A stretch of DNA of 64,000 nucleotides, taken from NCBI GenBank assembly GCA_963693365.1, contig CAVNZM010000007.1, forward strand, positions 5,701,962 to 5,765,961, read 5' to 3'. The translations under genes and the position numbers were made by a program. Positions 1 to 29,188 of the stretch are shown piece by piece. The stretch comes from Amoebidium appalachense. Lineage: Eukaryota > Protista > Ichthyosporea. Within the stretch, counting starts at the first letter, position 1; every line of letters begins with the position of its first letter. Below the pieces are notes generated by a model. The model was given only the letters and a program-made list of their open reading frames with translations, was not told the DNA's origin and did no database searches.

Positions 1-217
1 GGGGGGGGGGACCGGGACAGCACCGGTCCCACTCCCCCGACCCCCAAGAGGAAGGAGGGTCACCCCGGGTGTGAGAATGTGCAGGCAGGGGGGGAGGGTG
101 TTGGTCTAACCCGTGGATCTGACGGGTTAACCAACACTGTGGGGGGCAGGGTGGCCACAGACCTAGTGGCCCCCCACATACATGCACTAACTCATCAGGA
201 ATTGCCCGGGGGCATGG

Positions 218-1916
218 GTGTGCCGGGGGGAGGGGGGGGGTGCTAAGGGTGACCGCCTATATCCGGAGGTACCTCCACCTCACCCCGAGCAGCACCGATG
301 TAATACAGGAGGTGAAATGTTAAGTGGCACTCCGGTGAATAAGGATGCATCCACTTGTGATGGGGGTAACCCGGAGTTAGTATTGCCGTTTGGTATGAAG
401 GAGGGGGATTGGACGGTAGAACAGAAAAAATTGCTAGCTAAGTTATTTGATAGGACTCGGTTTGCATTTCTGGCCGATGATAACGAAGTAGGCTTCGTTA
501 AAGGGTTTGAAATGCAGATCGACTCGCACAGGTGATAATAGGCCGGTAGTGATGCCTAGCTATAGAAAATGGGGCAGTATAAATTGTCGGATGCGCTAAT
601 AATAGTGAGTGATATATTAAAAAAGGGTCATGTGGAGCATAGTTCGAGTCCGTGGAGAAGTCCGGTGCTATTGGTTAAGAAGCCCGACGGGTCTTGGCGT
701 CTAGTGAACGATTACAGGGCTCTGAATCGGATCACTAAGGCAGACCAATGGCCCCTCCCTAACATAGACGAGCAGCTTTCACAGCTGCACGGCTATACTC
801 ACTTTGCTAAACTTGATTTAAAAGCAGCTTTTTGGCAGATAAGGTTGGAGGAGAGCAGCAAGGAGAAGACTGCCTTTGCACTGGGTGACCAGCTGTTCCA
901 GTACAAGGTGGTGCCGATGGGTTTGCTCTCCTCTCCAGCTATGTTGTGCCGGGTAATGTATAAAATTCTCCACCCTCATTTGGATGTATGCCACCCTTAT
1001 TTGGATGATGTTTTATTTAAAGGTAGGCCATTTGAGGAGCTAGTTAATAATTGTGAAAAAGTATTTTTAGCTTTGGGTGAGTCTGGTCTTCGCATTAGCG
1101 GTAGCAAGACTGTGATTGGTGTGCCGGAGGTTAAGTTTTTAGGTCATATTGTGTCTAGTAATGGTCTTTCCCCTGATCCGGAGAAAATCCGGGCCATAGT
1201 TGAGTGGCCCCGTCCTCAGACTGTCACTCAACTAAGGCAATTTTTAGGTTTAACTAATTATCTTCGTCGTTATATTAAGGATTATAGTATGCTTGCTTTG
1301 CCGTTAACTAGTCAGACGGGGGGGGAGAAGAAGAATAGAATAGATTGGAATGTTGATGCTGTTTCTGCTTTCGAAAAGCTTAAGTTAGCTTTGCAGTCTT
1401 CGAGTATGCTTGTTCATCCTGATTTTTCGGCCGGGGGGGGGATGTTTAAAGTTCGGTGTGATGCAAGTAAGGTTGCTGAGGGGGCCGTGTTATATCAAGT
1501 GCAGGAGGGGCAGGATAGAGTGATTGCTTATGCTAGTCGTTCATTTAGTAAAAGTGAACGTAGATATAGCAATCCGGAGAGAGAGTCCCATGCTATCTTT
1601 TGGGCAGTCTCACAGGCATGGAGGTATATACTCGCAGGCAGGACGTTTGAGGTCTACACCGACCACAAGCCCTGCCTAGCTGTCCATGGCCGGCACCACT
1701 CGTCTGGTCAACGAGAGGATGCAGAAGTGGGCCGCGGCTCTCGGTGAGTTCTCCTATAAATTGTTTTATGCCAAGGGTGAAACAATGGTTGACTGTGATG
1801 CTCTCTCTCGTGCTGCTTATATTTTGTTTGAAGAAGAGAAGGAGGGGGAGGGGGGGGATAGTGAGAGACGGGGGGGGGGAGGGGGGGAAGGGGGGAGAGT
1901 GAGCAGAAAGGAATAG
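218..1916 (+). pseudogene. Gypsy pol: reverse transcriptase and RNase H, frameshifted
   Basis: RT motifs SPVLLVKKPDGSWRLVNDYRALN, KLDLKAAFWQ, PMGL, YLDD, KFLGH. RNase H motifs RCDAS, VIAYASR, ERE, YTDHKP, completed in another frame by RMQKW...DCDALSR. Frame breaks near 535-570 and ~1690. Confidence 0.92.
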
Positions 1917-1921
1917 ATGCT

Positions 1922-3716
1922 GTGTCTGTGGATGTGTCTTCTTGGGTTCCGGGGTTGCTTGCTTATAAGTGTAGGAGAGGGGGGGGGAGGTATTTGTCAG
2001 TGTCTGAGGTCGGGACCGAGTCTCATGGCTCGGCCCCTGCCTTAGTACCTACGGCTTTGATCTTAGCTCAGGAGGAAGATGTGTTGATTGGTCTGGTTAA
2101 GAATTATTTAAAGGGGCCGGTTGATTCGATTAAATTTAAAAATAAAAGGCAGATGATTAAGGTAGCTAAGTTAGCAAAAATGTGTCAGGTAGAGCAGGAT
2201 TTAGTTTATCATTGTTCTGGGCCAGACGGACACCGAGTTTGGGTCCCGACGGCACTTGTGCCTGAGGTTTTGCATATGGTGCATGAGCATCCCATGGCTG
2301 GTCATTTAGGTGTAAATAGGACGTTGCTTCGTGTTAATCGTTCGTATTTTTGGCCGGGTATGAGTAGGGAGGTGAGGGATTATGTGTTGTCATGCATGCA
2401 TTGTCAGGAAAGGAATGAGAGTCCCCACTCTCGTTCCCGCCCGTCGTTTATTAGGGATTTTAATGTTCGTATGTTTGAAAGGGTAGCAGTGGATGTGGTC
2501 GGTCCTTTTAATTCTACGGTTGAGGGTAACACTGTTCTTGTTACCGTCACCGATGTGGCCACTCGTTGGGTTGAAGTTTTTCCTCTCCCCACTGCTAATG
2601 CCGTTTTGTTTGCTCGTATTTTTGTGGATGAAATTTGTCTTAGGTTTGGTTGTCCTCGTGTTTTGTTAACGGATAGGAGTCGTGTGTTTTTAAATCAGTT
2701 GGTGTCGGAGGTGTGTAAAATTTTAAGGGTAGCTCATATCACTACGTCTGCATATCACCCTCAAGCAAATGCCATCTCTGAACGTGTGCATGCAGTGTTT
2801 CAGAAGTCCTTTGGCAAAATGGTGGATGTGGAGGCTAATGATTGGGATCATATGTCTAGGTTTATTGCTCATTCATATAATTCTACCCCTCATGCTGTGA
2901 CTGGTTTTTCTCCGTTTTATTTGGTCTATGGGCAGGAGGCTATTAGTTTGTTAGATACGGCACTTTTGCCGATGGGGGGGGCTGACCGACTAACTTATCC
3001 CCACTGGACTCCGGGAGCAGCTACTAACCCGGGCCCGGGCTGCACGTGATGCAGCTCTGGCCCGTACACAGCAGGCACAGACACGTGCAGACGTGTCCAC
3101 ACGTCCGTTACGTGAATTTGCCGAGGGTACTTTAGTTTTAATTAGGGATCATACTAGGAAAAAGAGATATAAGCAGGAGCAGAAAGGTAAGGGTGAAGGT
3201 GAAGGTCTTCGTAAGTATGGTAAGAAATGGTTGCCTCTTTTCATTGGCCCGTATAAAATAGTGGCTAGGTTAGGTCCGACGGAATATAAGGTGCAGAGGT
3301 TAGATAATGAGAGTGATGTTAGATTTTATAATGTAGATGATATAAAGGAATATTATGATAGGGCCCTTAGGGTTAAACGGCCGGAGGGCCGTCGAGTGTT
3401 AGATGCATTCACCCCCGACTATGACGGGTCGGTGGAGGTATCGGAGGCTGCAGTAGATAAAATTATGGATAAAAAGGTTATAGAAGGTAAGGAAGGTAAG
3501 GTAAATTATTATTTAATTCGTTTTGAGGGAGGTTATCAGGAAGATCAGTGGTTGCCTGAGTTTCATTTGGATTGCCCGTTTTCTATTCGTGCTTATGAGG
3601 CTAGATTAGTGCAGAGGGAGTTGCCTAGTGCTCCCTCTAGGCCAAAGAGAGTTATTCCTCAGTTTAATCGTGGTGTGAAAAGGTCGGTGGGGGAGGGGAC
3701 CGGGGGGGGGGAGTGA
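1922..3716 (+). pseudogene. Gypsy integrase (HHCC, DDE core, GPY module) with C-terminal chromodomain, disrupted near 3000-3090
   Basis: HEHPMAGHLG...CMHC zinc finger; VAVDVVGP, LTDR and NAISERVH catalytic motifs; KWLPLFIGPYKI; chromodomain-like VDKIMDKK...YYLIRFEGG..EDQWLPE.HL.C. Confidence 0.9.
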
Positions 3717-3980
3717 TGCAAATACACGTAGACACAGTGTCACGGGGGGAGGGGGAGGGGGGGGAGGAGACCGAGGAGGGGTGTGAACGTAGTCGTAGGA
3801 ATTTAATTTATTATCATAGGTGTCTCCGTAGGTATCAAGCTTATGGTGTAGATTAATTTATTATTTTTTTTCTTCGTAATTTATTTAATTTCTTTTTTTT
3901 AGGAGACTGATTAGTCTATGTCTTTTTAGGGGGTGTTAGATGTAATGTGACTGAGGTGGGACTCAGCTTTTCCGGGGGCC

Positions 3981-3990
3981 GGGGGGGGAG
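3981..3990 (+). other. Polypurine tract of the Gypsy element
   Basis: GGGGGGGGAG one base before the TG that starts the 3' LTR at 3992. Confidence 0.8.
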
Positions 3991-3991
3991 T

Positions 3992-4702
3992 TGACATATA
4001 CTAATCCGTCTCAGCAGATTAGCCTAAGTCTACGATCGAGATCGGGGGGGGGGGGGGGGGGTGGCCCGGGTCCACAGATCATCAAGATCAAGTCCGGGGC
4101 CTCAAGATAGCTGTACAGCTGCGTGCATCTTGCCTCTGCCGGCGCAGGGCATTGGACCACGTCAGCCGGGACAGCCGACCAATAGAATTCTAATTAGTGT
4201 GTAGGATAGATCGTAGGAGGACTTAGGAATGTGATTGTTCGGGCAGAAGCCCTTTTGTAAGTATTGGCAAGGTTAGATAGTGTATGTTGCCAAACGTATT
4301 TATATATTTAGATGTAGAGGAAAGGGGGGGAGGGAGGGGGGGGGGAGGATAGTATGAAATGTAGATTTAGACTCTGCGGTGCCACTAGGGGGAGGGTGAG
4401 GGGTGAGACATGGATAAATATATTAGTTGAGTAGATCGACTTAGCTCGTGCAGGCGCACGATAAAAGTAGATCGGAATGTTTGGAATGTGGCATCGTAGG
4501 GGGCCAGGTGATGATGATCTTTGAGGGCACGGCCTTGATGGCCTCAGTTGTAACTTAGTCTCATTCCGTACGGATCTAAGTTTGCCCGTCGGAGCCTGGT
4601 CTGAATAAACTTTACCGTTTTTCTGTACACGTTCGTTCCTTTTCGTGTGTGTACACTTAGTAGAGTGCCGCGTCTCTAGTACACATACATTAGGATACGA
4701 CA
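3992..4702 (+). repeat. 3' LTR (711 bp, TGACATAT...ATACGACA)
   Basis: TG/CA termini; boundaries defined by near-identity to the inverted copy at 4972-5716. Confidence 0.92.
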
Positions 4703-4746
4703 CCGCCCTGTCGAGCCACTCAAGCTCATTCTCGGGGCGCAAAACC

Positions 4747-5865
4747 TCAACCACGTCCCCGGAGCCGCCCGTAACAATAGGCCGGGCACCTGTGCGTTGG
4801 CCGCTTCGTAGCGGGCGGCCAGCTGGAGTGCGGCCGGGTTGCGGGCTCCACCCGCCATTGTGCGGGCGTACGCAACCGTGCGGTGACAGACGGCTCGTTG
4901 GTAGGCAGTCGTGTGCTTTCAAGCACTTTCTGGAACTCCAGCATTGAGGAGCCCACCGCGTTCATGATGAGTGTCGTATCCTAATGTATATGTACTAGAG
5001 ACGCGGCACTCTACTATGTGTACACACACGAAAAGGAACGAACGTGTACGGAAAAACGGTAAAGTTTATTCAGACCAGGCTCCGACGGGCAAACTTAGAT
5101 CCGTACGGAATGAGTCTAAGTTACGACTGAGGCCATCAAGGCCGTGCCCTCAAAGATCATCATCACCTGGCCCCCTACGATGCCACATTCCAAACATTCC
5201 GATCTACTTTTATCGTGCGCCTGCACGAGCTAAGTCGATCTACTCAACTAATATATTTATCCATGTCTCACCCCTCACCCTCCTCCTAGTGGCACCGCAG
5301 AGTCTAAATCTACATTTCATATTATCCCCCCCCCCCCCCCTCCCCCCCTTTCCTTTACATCTAAATATATAAATACGTTTGGCAACATACACTATCAAAC
5401 CTTGCCAATACTTACAAAAGGGCTTCTGCCCGAACAATCACATTCCTAAGTCCTCCTACGATCTATCCTACACACTAATTAGAATTCTATTGGACGGCTG
5501 TCCCGGCTGACGTGGTCCAATGCCCTGCGCCGGCAGAGGCAAGATGCACGCAGCTGTACAGCTATCTTGAGGCCCCGGACTTGATCTTGTCAATGATGAT
5601 CTGTGGACCCGGACTTGATCTTGATGATCTGTGGACCCGGGCCACCCCCCCCCCCCCCCCCCCCGATCTCGATCGTAGACTTAGGCTAATCTGCTGAGAC
5701 GGATTAGTATATGTCAATGAGCGTGGCCATCCTTCGAGGGGTTTGGACGTCCTTCCCCTCAGTGGCCTCTGCTGGGCAAACGGCCCTGAGCTTGCTAAGC
5801 CACCTAGGGAGGTCAAGGTCCTTAGTGAGGACTAAGTCCCCTGTGATACTAGTCCTACTGCCCAT
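4747..5865 (-). pseudogene. ORF interrupted by the solo LTR, possibly the gag N-terminus of an older element
   Basis: Removing the LTR and one TSD joins 50 stop-free codons (MGSRTSITGDLVLTKDLDLPRWLSKLRAVC...RRMATLI) in frame to ORF 4747-4965 (MNAVGSS...), giving 122 aa. The gag identity is inference. Confidence 0.45.
4972..5716 (-). mobile_element. Solo LTR of the same family in opposite orientation (745 bp) with 5-bp TSD ATGAG
   Basis: Reverse complement of 3992-4702 plus a ~34-bp internal tandem duplication near 5575-5640; ATGAG at 4967-4971 and 5717-5721. Confidence 0.93.
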
Positions 5866-7839
5866 GTTTCCTATGCCAACTGTTGTGTGTGCGCGTAATA
5901 CTATGTTTCTTTTACCTCTAACCGTCGAAAAAGTCCTAAGTCAAAACCACTCACAACCGCTAGTCGTGAAAAAAAAAAAACTAGGGGTGAAAGCAACAGC
6001 CCAGAAGGACTAACAGTGCGTGTGCCCCCTCCCTGCAAAAAACTGCAGAGAAAGGGGGTGTAGCTTGTCACGGTCATACCACGCCCTAGCGTGTATACGA
6101 ACTACTCTAACTAACTGCACGCTTAAAAGGGGCTTGAAACTGTGTATACGTATAAACTTTTCTTTGAGTTGGGTGGGAAGCGTGCCAAACGTGTTCTCAG
6201 AAGAACTCCGAAAGCCCGCGAGCCGCGAGACACTTCACAGACGTACGTTGAGGACGGCGGTCTGTTACACACTAAGTATGGCAATTTATGAATACTTGGA
6301 CGTTTATTGATGCTCATAAGCTGTGGCAACCTGGCCGTAATGTAGATGTGACGAGGGAACTGTACGTGACTGTATCAATACGATGGCCTACAGGCAATAG
6401 TGATGACCATATATACAAGCAATGCCTACTCTATGCGTGTTATTTCCCTTAGTTGTGACCATGTACTAAGAAGGGGAAAGACCCTTTCTAACTAACGAAT
6501 TCTAACTACCTTTTATACTTTCTAGCGGTCTTGGCTACACTAAATATCATGTTAAAAGAGTTCCGACATCTATGTACAAAGTGCGCGGCTACAGATCTAA
6601 CCAATCAATCTATTCGATCTATTCTTTGCTCACTATGATGTCATCCTAGAAGACCTTATGAGTGGATCCGGCTCACAGCTACTTATCATATACAAGAGAC
6701 AGTACGTACAGGGCATATTTACATTACAAGTTACTACATATTTCTCTAGAATGACAGATATATATCAGCCTTATATCATTGTTAATTATTTACACACTTC
6801 TGTTAATTGATTTCATATCTCTGTAGGAATACAAGTACAAGCCTCATGGCAATCTTTCGCCGGCGGGCTCGTGGCTCTTGGCTCGTGGCTTTTCGCCATA
6901 TATAGCTAAGTCTATTGATTGTTCATTCGCTCACACTCATTCACAACATTCCATAAATTAGATTGCCTTTCGCGTACATGTGCACGCGTATACATATGTT
7001 TATTGTTCAAGACGTAATATGTTAGCAAATATGTGTTACACTAATTACGGGAATAAACCTTCGTAATCTTTTACATGCCTCTGGTAAGATAGATGGTTCA
7101 TGGGAGCTTCCCATGGTCTCCAGATACGCGGTTATAAGACATGATCAGAGCGCATTGCACGGACATACGGCCGTGTTATTTCAACTTATTATTGATCCAG
7201 GATCTGGCCAATCAAATCAGTGTACAAGGATGCCTTCCTTTCGCGTAGACACGCGGCCCACTGGCCAGACAAATACCACAGTGACATTCAGCCAATCACA
7301 ACACTCCCTCCCCCACAGGCTACACTGATCAGTGCACTCCACACCATTGGCTACCGCCACCTCAGACACCCCTACAGCACTACAACACGTACACACCTTT
7401 ACTCACAATACATATAAGCATACACACACGCGAGCAGGCAACATGGGTCTCGCCAAGCACACAGCAAGAAGCAATACAACATATAACATGAAGAGTACGC
7501 AGAGGCATGGAGCATGCACGCGCGCACCAAATTGAATCAGCCGCCGCTGCATCAGATTCTCCCCATACCACTGAACAATCTCCCCATACTCCACCTAGAC
7601 CCCGGAATCGCTATGCAAGAAAACCCCCGAAATTCACTCACCAAAACACAAAATATAGAAGCAAACTAATACGAATCAGCTCAGCACATGACAGAGATAG
7701 CGAGAGGAAGGATCAGGTTGAAAGAGGGTAGGCTGAGGACATTCAGAAGTGGCGTTGGTGAATCGGGGGGGGAAGAGGGATGGAGGGAGGGGACTCGGGG
7801 AAAGAAAGCATAAAGAGGTGACCATCAGCCTGAGGTATC

Positions 7840-8416
7840 CTAACTAAATGAAAACAAAAACGAAGAGACAATTCCTCCATACGACAAACAGCAGACGACA
7901 ATCCAAACATACTGATTAAGGGAGGCCACAAACCGAGTACGAAACAAAGTGCGCAGCGCAGTACCCTGAAAATCGTCGAACTCTTTCAGCGCCACGGCCG
8001 CCTCGCGAGGTGGGGCGCAGGCCAATAGCGGAAGTCCATATTCGAAAGTCGGCTGTAAAAAAATTTTATAGTAGAGAAGAAGGTTCGCAGGATGGATCAC
8101 AGACTCCCGCTGAAACATATTTGACACGATGTGAAGCTTACCCTTCGCACGAGCGATCCGTGCCGTGAGGAGCTTGCGGAAATCAATACCTCGTGCAGTA
8201 AAAGGAGCTTGCGGAAATCAATACCTCGTGCAGTAAAAGGAATACCCAAATAGTCAGAGTGCTCTGAACATGTAACAGAAATAGGAAGACCGGCCAATCG
8301 AAAGGATTCGAAGCGTTTTTCGAAAAAGTAGCACACTTTGCAATTCCGACTGTCATGAGATTCTCGGTGCACCATTGACTCCACCTGACGAAGCATCTGG
8401 TGCATGACGTCTTCGG
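7840..8416 (-). mobile_element. Degenerate non-LTR retrotransposon (LINE) RT C-terminal fragment
   Basis: RT end motif F.LAG.PI....DYLGIPF and downstream LLYYKIFLQPTFEYG motif; frameshifted, including by a 35-bp tandem duplication at 8169-8238. Confidence 0.7.
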
Positions 8417-8420
8417 TTAA

Positions 8421-8726
8421 GGAACAAAGAACAATTATATCGTCCGCAAAAAGGAGACACGGTACACGGCGGGTATGCAGTATGCTCTACACGGACACCA
8501 GCGTGCCAGAAAAGAAAGAAAAGGTAGATGCGTTCTCTGCTTTAGGAACAAAGGGGAACACCACAAGACACATACCTACTGCATCAAGTGTAAATTGTTT
8601 CTCTGCAATGATCAAACACGTGCATGCTTCGAAAACCACATCACATATGGTGTTCCTCCACGCACACGCACCCAAGTCAACACAAACACAGGCCCGGTAC
8701 GATCACGCAGAAACACTACACGTTAA
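8421..8726 (+). mobile_element. piggyBac-like transposase C-terminal cysteine-rich domain remnant
   Basis: RCVLC-x7-KTHTYCIKCKLFLC-x6-CFENH matches the piggyBac CRD pattern. The frame opens right after TTAA at 8417-8420. No DDD core or clear TIR seen. Confidence 0.7.
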
Positions 8727-9441
8727 TTTAGTACCTTCTGCCAACTGGTCAGTTTCTGTACATTGCGCAACTGTAACTGTTACACTCATTTGTCGTTTTC
8801 GGATTAGGGGTGATTTGTTTGGTTTTTATTCGTTTCTTCTGTTTGTGGTAACTAGATGCTAAAAGGGTTATTTGAAGTGTGTGTACCGAAAAAAACGAAT
8901 TTGAAAGCTGATGTCAATGTTTCTCAAACGAAAAATGCACCTGTGGTGCAAAAGCAACAACGTGAACGGTAATAAAGTATGCATCTTTGGCACGCATTTG
9001 TAACAAGTTTGCCGTTTTTCTTGGCTCAGGCCTATGGCCTCCCTGTGCCAGAACCCGTAAAGTGCAAAATAAGCCATACCAACAAGCATTCCGAGAAATT
9101 ATTGTAGTCATGGGGTGCGCAAACACTACAAAGTTATCCGTAAATTGATGCTCGAAATCGTTGAATGCCTACCATTACTTACTAAGCCATTACCCCGCTA
9201 AGAATTTTTCTACTGTTTTTTTGTGATGTGCTTGTTCCCTGTTACGTTAGGGTAAAATGGTGAGAAAAAGAGAGTAACACGTGCAATAATGACCCTGCGC
9301 CAGGCGTTTTTATATGATGACGTCATATAGTATTTTGGTTGGAGTATTTATCGATTCGGGTCGAATCAATAATACAGCACAGTACTGCAGTATGTACGTA
9401 TTTTAATGATGTCCATTTCAAAGGCTTCGAGTGCCACGTCT

Positions 9442-9480
9442 GCCCCGCCAAAGGCGGGGCTGCTTCCCACTACTTGCTAG
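9442..9480 (+). mobile_element. Helitron-like 3' terminus
   Basis: Perfect GC-rich hairpin GCCCCGCC-AAA-GGCGGGGC, 16 nt spacer, then CTAG followed by T. The 5' TC end was not located. Confidence 0.55.
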
Positions 9481-10060
9481 TATATGCATAGAGGCCGTGG
9501 GCGGAAGGGAACGGCGGATTACGTAATCCTGGATGATCATGGCATCAGCGGTTTGAATCGACCCGAATCAGTACATTTCCCTTTGATAAAACACCCTGAC
9601 CCGATTCGTTTATCCCCCCAGTGACGGCCCCGCTGCCGGCCGGCGCATACACAACAAAACATTCCAATCGAAGCGCGATCGATTCACAAAAATTCGCCGC
9701 GGCCCAATCGAGCCCCCCCCCAAAAAAAGAAAATCGAAAGAAACGGAGCTCGAGACGCTTAGCTATGTGTTGGTTGTAGCCTCGTGATTAAGTGCATGTT
9801 GGGGAAACCTACGGGTATAGAGTAGTTTTGAGCTACTAGCAGAGGCAGCGTTGCTGTTGAATTTCATAAGCAGTAGCTGTTGGGAAATATAGACAGTATC
9901 GTTCGTTACAGGGGCGGGCTTGGCAAATCAACAGGGACTACACTTGGCAACCAGGTATACTTCGAGTTTTCTTTGGGTTTGGCGTTGAGGTTCCAGAAGG
10001 GAAAACACATTGAAAGCCTTGTAGAAGCTAGGTTGTTCCTCGGGGAGAGCTACAGCGAAA

Positions 10061-26590
<16,530 letters not shown>

Positions 26591-29188
26591 AACAGTCATA
26601 GTAATGTCGCAGGCGTGTTCGATTGGTGACCATTGCGATTCTGTAGCCCGACAACTTTTTTCTATCATTCGTGTGTTGTAGTGGTTATTGTGGTGTGTGT
26701 GTAATGCGGAATAGCGGTTGCTGTTTGGTTGGTGTGTTCAATATATACGTTCAATTATTTATTTATTTATTTGATACAAATGGTGGTGGCATTTTATGGG
26801 CTGTAGTCGCCTCCCTTTTGCAGTTGTTTTTCAGACCTTGTCTATGTTTGTCGGACACCGTACATGGCAACATCATTCGCAGAATGCGTAGGTTCGTGGT
26901 TCGTATGCAGAATAATGATGCAGTGAAATCAAGACGAATTCTTTTCCCCGGTTGCTGTGGGCTTTTTGTCACAAATTTTGTATGCCTGAACACCAAAACT
27001 TTTGCTTTTACTTGGTTAAATAATGGTTTTGAGAGTTATCTGGTTGATGCAAAAGTTACATATAATTTTGAGAGACTTGATATGTGTTCTATAGCAAAGC
27101 TTCTAGATCTGTGGAGATAAAAATAAAGGATACGTATACAGGCTGTGTACGCTGGATGCTGAACATGACACGTACAATTAACGCTCGTGAGTCGTTGACC
27201 CCATGGTCACCAGACTGAGTATACGTACGTGGTGACCATAAAAACTTGTTCTATTAGCCGCCATGTCGGCCATATGCATGTTCTTCCTCTCCTCACTCGG
27301 GAGCGTAGAGTCTGGTTTTGTCGAATAATCGTGTGTATACAGTGACACGTGCAGAAGTACTAGTCGACATGCTTGCATGCACCGCTGAAAACGGCCGGTA
27401 TATGGTTTGAAACTTGCCAGTTTAGGACCTCAATTGATCGAGTGGAGTAACCGGTCGAGACAAACCTGCACCACAGCAAAAGACGGTCGACAAAGCTGTA
27501 CTACATGTACAGTACATGTGGCCAACTCGAAGGAAAAAAGTTACTATATGGCATGATCCCTCTGGGGCCTCCCGGACTTCTGAAACCAACCAGGCCCCCT
27601 CGAGCTCAGCCCGCGCCAGACACACACACACACGCACACACACACACACACACACACATATATGTATGCATACACACACGCACACACACGCACGCACACA
27701 CGCACACACGCATACGCACACGCATATGCGCACACACACGCGCACACATGTATACACACACACACACACCGCCCTTCCCCCCTCTCCCCGGATTGCAGCA
27801 TCATACATACATCCCGACGGCACTGTAACAGCTCCTCAGAGACTTACACACAGTGTTCCTCTCGCTCTCTTCACTGCACGTGCCGCGTCGGGCATGCGCA
27901 CCAGCCATGTACGTTTGTGCGCGCTCAAACAGCGCGCATGCAATCAAAACGCTCGGGGCCTTCTTTGTTGTAGAGGTGATATTTACCTCCATAAGTTCTT
28001 CAGGCTTTTCATCATAGTCAAGTTTATCAAGTAAAAATATTATTAAACGTATAATATATGCTTGCATTTTTTTATTAAGAAAGTCTCTTTTTTGATACAC
28101 ATGCAAACACTAGAACGTGCAGTTTCTCTGTTGGTGTGCAATAAGCCAATAGAGCGTCTTGGAGCAAATAGACCAATCGCAATACGTTTCACATTGAGCC
28201 CCTTCGAGAATCCTTTTACGAGCTAAGGTTTATTGTTTTGTAACTCCTAGTTTGTAGTAATATGTCTCTATAAGTAATAAAAGAAACTCTTTTTTATGCA
28301 CTAAATCAAATATAGCATGCTTTTGCATACTAACAGGAGTTGATATCCGAAATTTGGGCATATCTGATAGCAGTCGAGATTTGAAGTTTTCGAACAATAT
28401 ATGTTTGGAACGCGCGTCGGCTTTATAAGAACCCCACGAATGTTCACATCGTGGAGACCGGTTTGAGGAGATGATGCTCAACGTGCCTCGGCACTAACTC
28501 CTCTAGCAACGGTCCGTTTGATTGGTTTCAGGGTGCACCATGTCATGTTTCCCAAGAAGGTTGACAATTGATAACATCAGCATAACAGAGAGCTTTTTTG
28601 GTTTTGTACAGTTAACTCTTGCTAAAAGGCATAGATAATATATAAAATCTAGGAACCACTTCTAAGAGTTTTTTATCTTTTTTTTTTTTTTGCAAGTCCT
28701 TCCACTATTACTGATTATGACACAATGTCTTCCGGCGAAATTCCTAATTGCCCATAAAAAACCATAAGCGTTTGATTTGAGCAGAATCACGGGATTTATT
28801 TGGCTATTGTCTCACACAGGTGCGCCTGGTGCGGAGGTGAGCTCAAAACACTGCGGAACAGGAAACGCAAAAGAAACGCGAAAAGCATAGAGGAAGATAG
28901 AGCAGGGGAGAGAGAGAGTTTTATTGTATATTCCTTGAGGTTGTCAGCGTACAAAGTAGCTTTTATACATATATATTATACCTGTGTAACAGTGCTAAGT
29001 GTTTAGCAGCTAATAACATTAATTTATTTGCCCCTTTAGGCTTGCTGTAGCTCAGACCGCATTTTGAAAAACTACCAAAAAACGAAATCCAAACAGCCTA
29101 ACTCTCCTCATGTTTATTATACACTAGCAGTATTTCGAGTATTATTACCTCTAACATTAGTGAACAAGAAGCCAATTCTTTCGTCAAT

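Larger units (their letters stand above)
1..4702 (+). mobile_element. Ty3/Gypsy LTR retrotransposon of chromovirus type; 5' LTR and gag lie outside the window; pol frameshifted
   Basis: Domain order RT-RNaseH-integrase-chromodomain across ORFs 569-1747, 1686-1916, 1922-3049 and 3093-3716, then a polypurine tract and a TG...CA LTR (3992-4702). Confidence 0.95.

Noticed and set aside
4308-5372. Near-identical ORFs at 4308-4922 (-) and 4971-5372 (+)
   Set aside because: Incidental frames within the two LTR copies; no domain signature.
6340-7040. Possible LTR of the older minus-strand element
   Set aside because: No second copy, convincing PBS or TSD in the window to define its boundaries.
28240-28660. 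Degenerate inverted repeat, possibly an old MITE
   Set aside because: Low identity in AT-rich sequence and no TSD identified.
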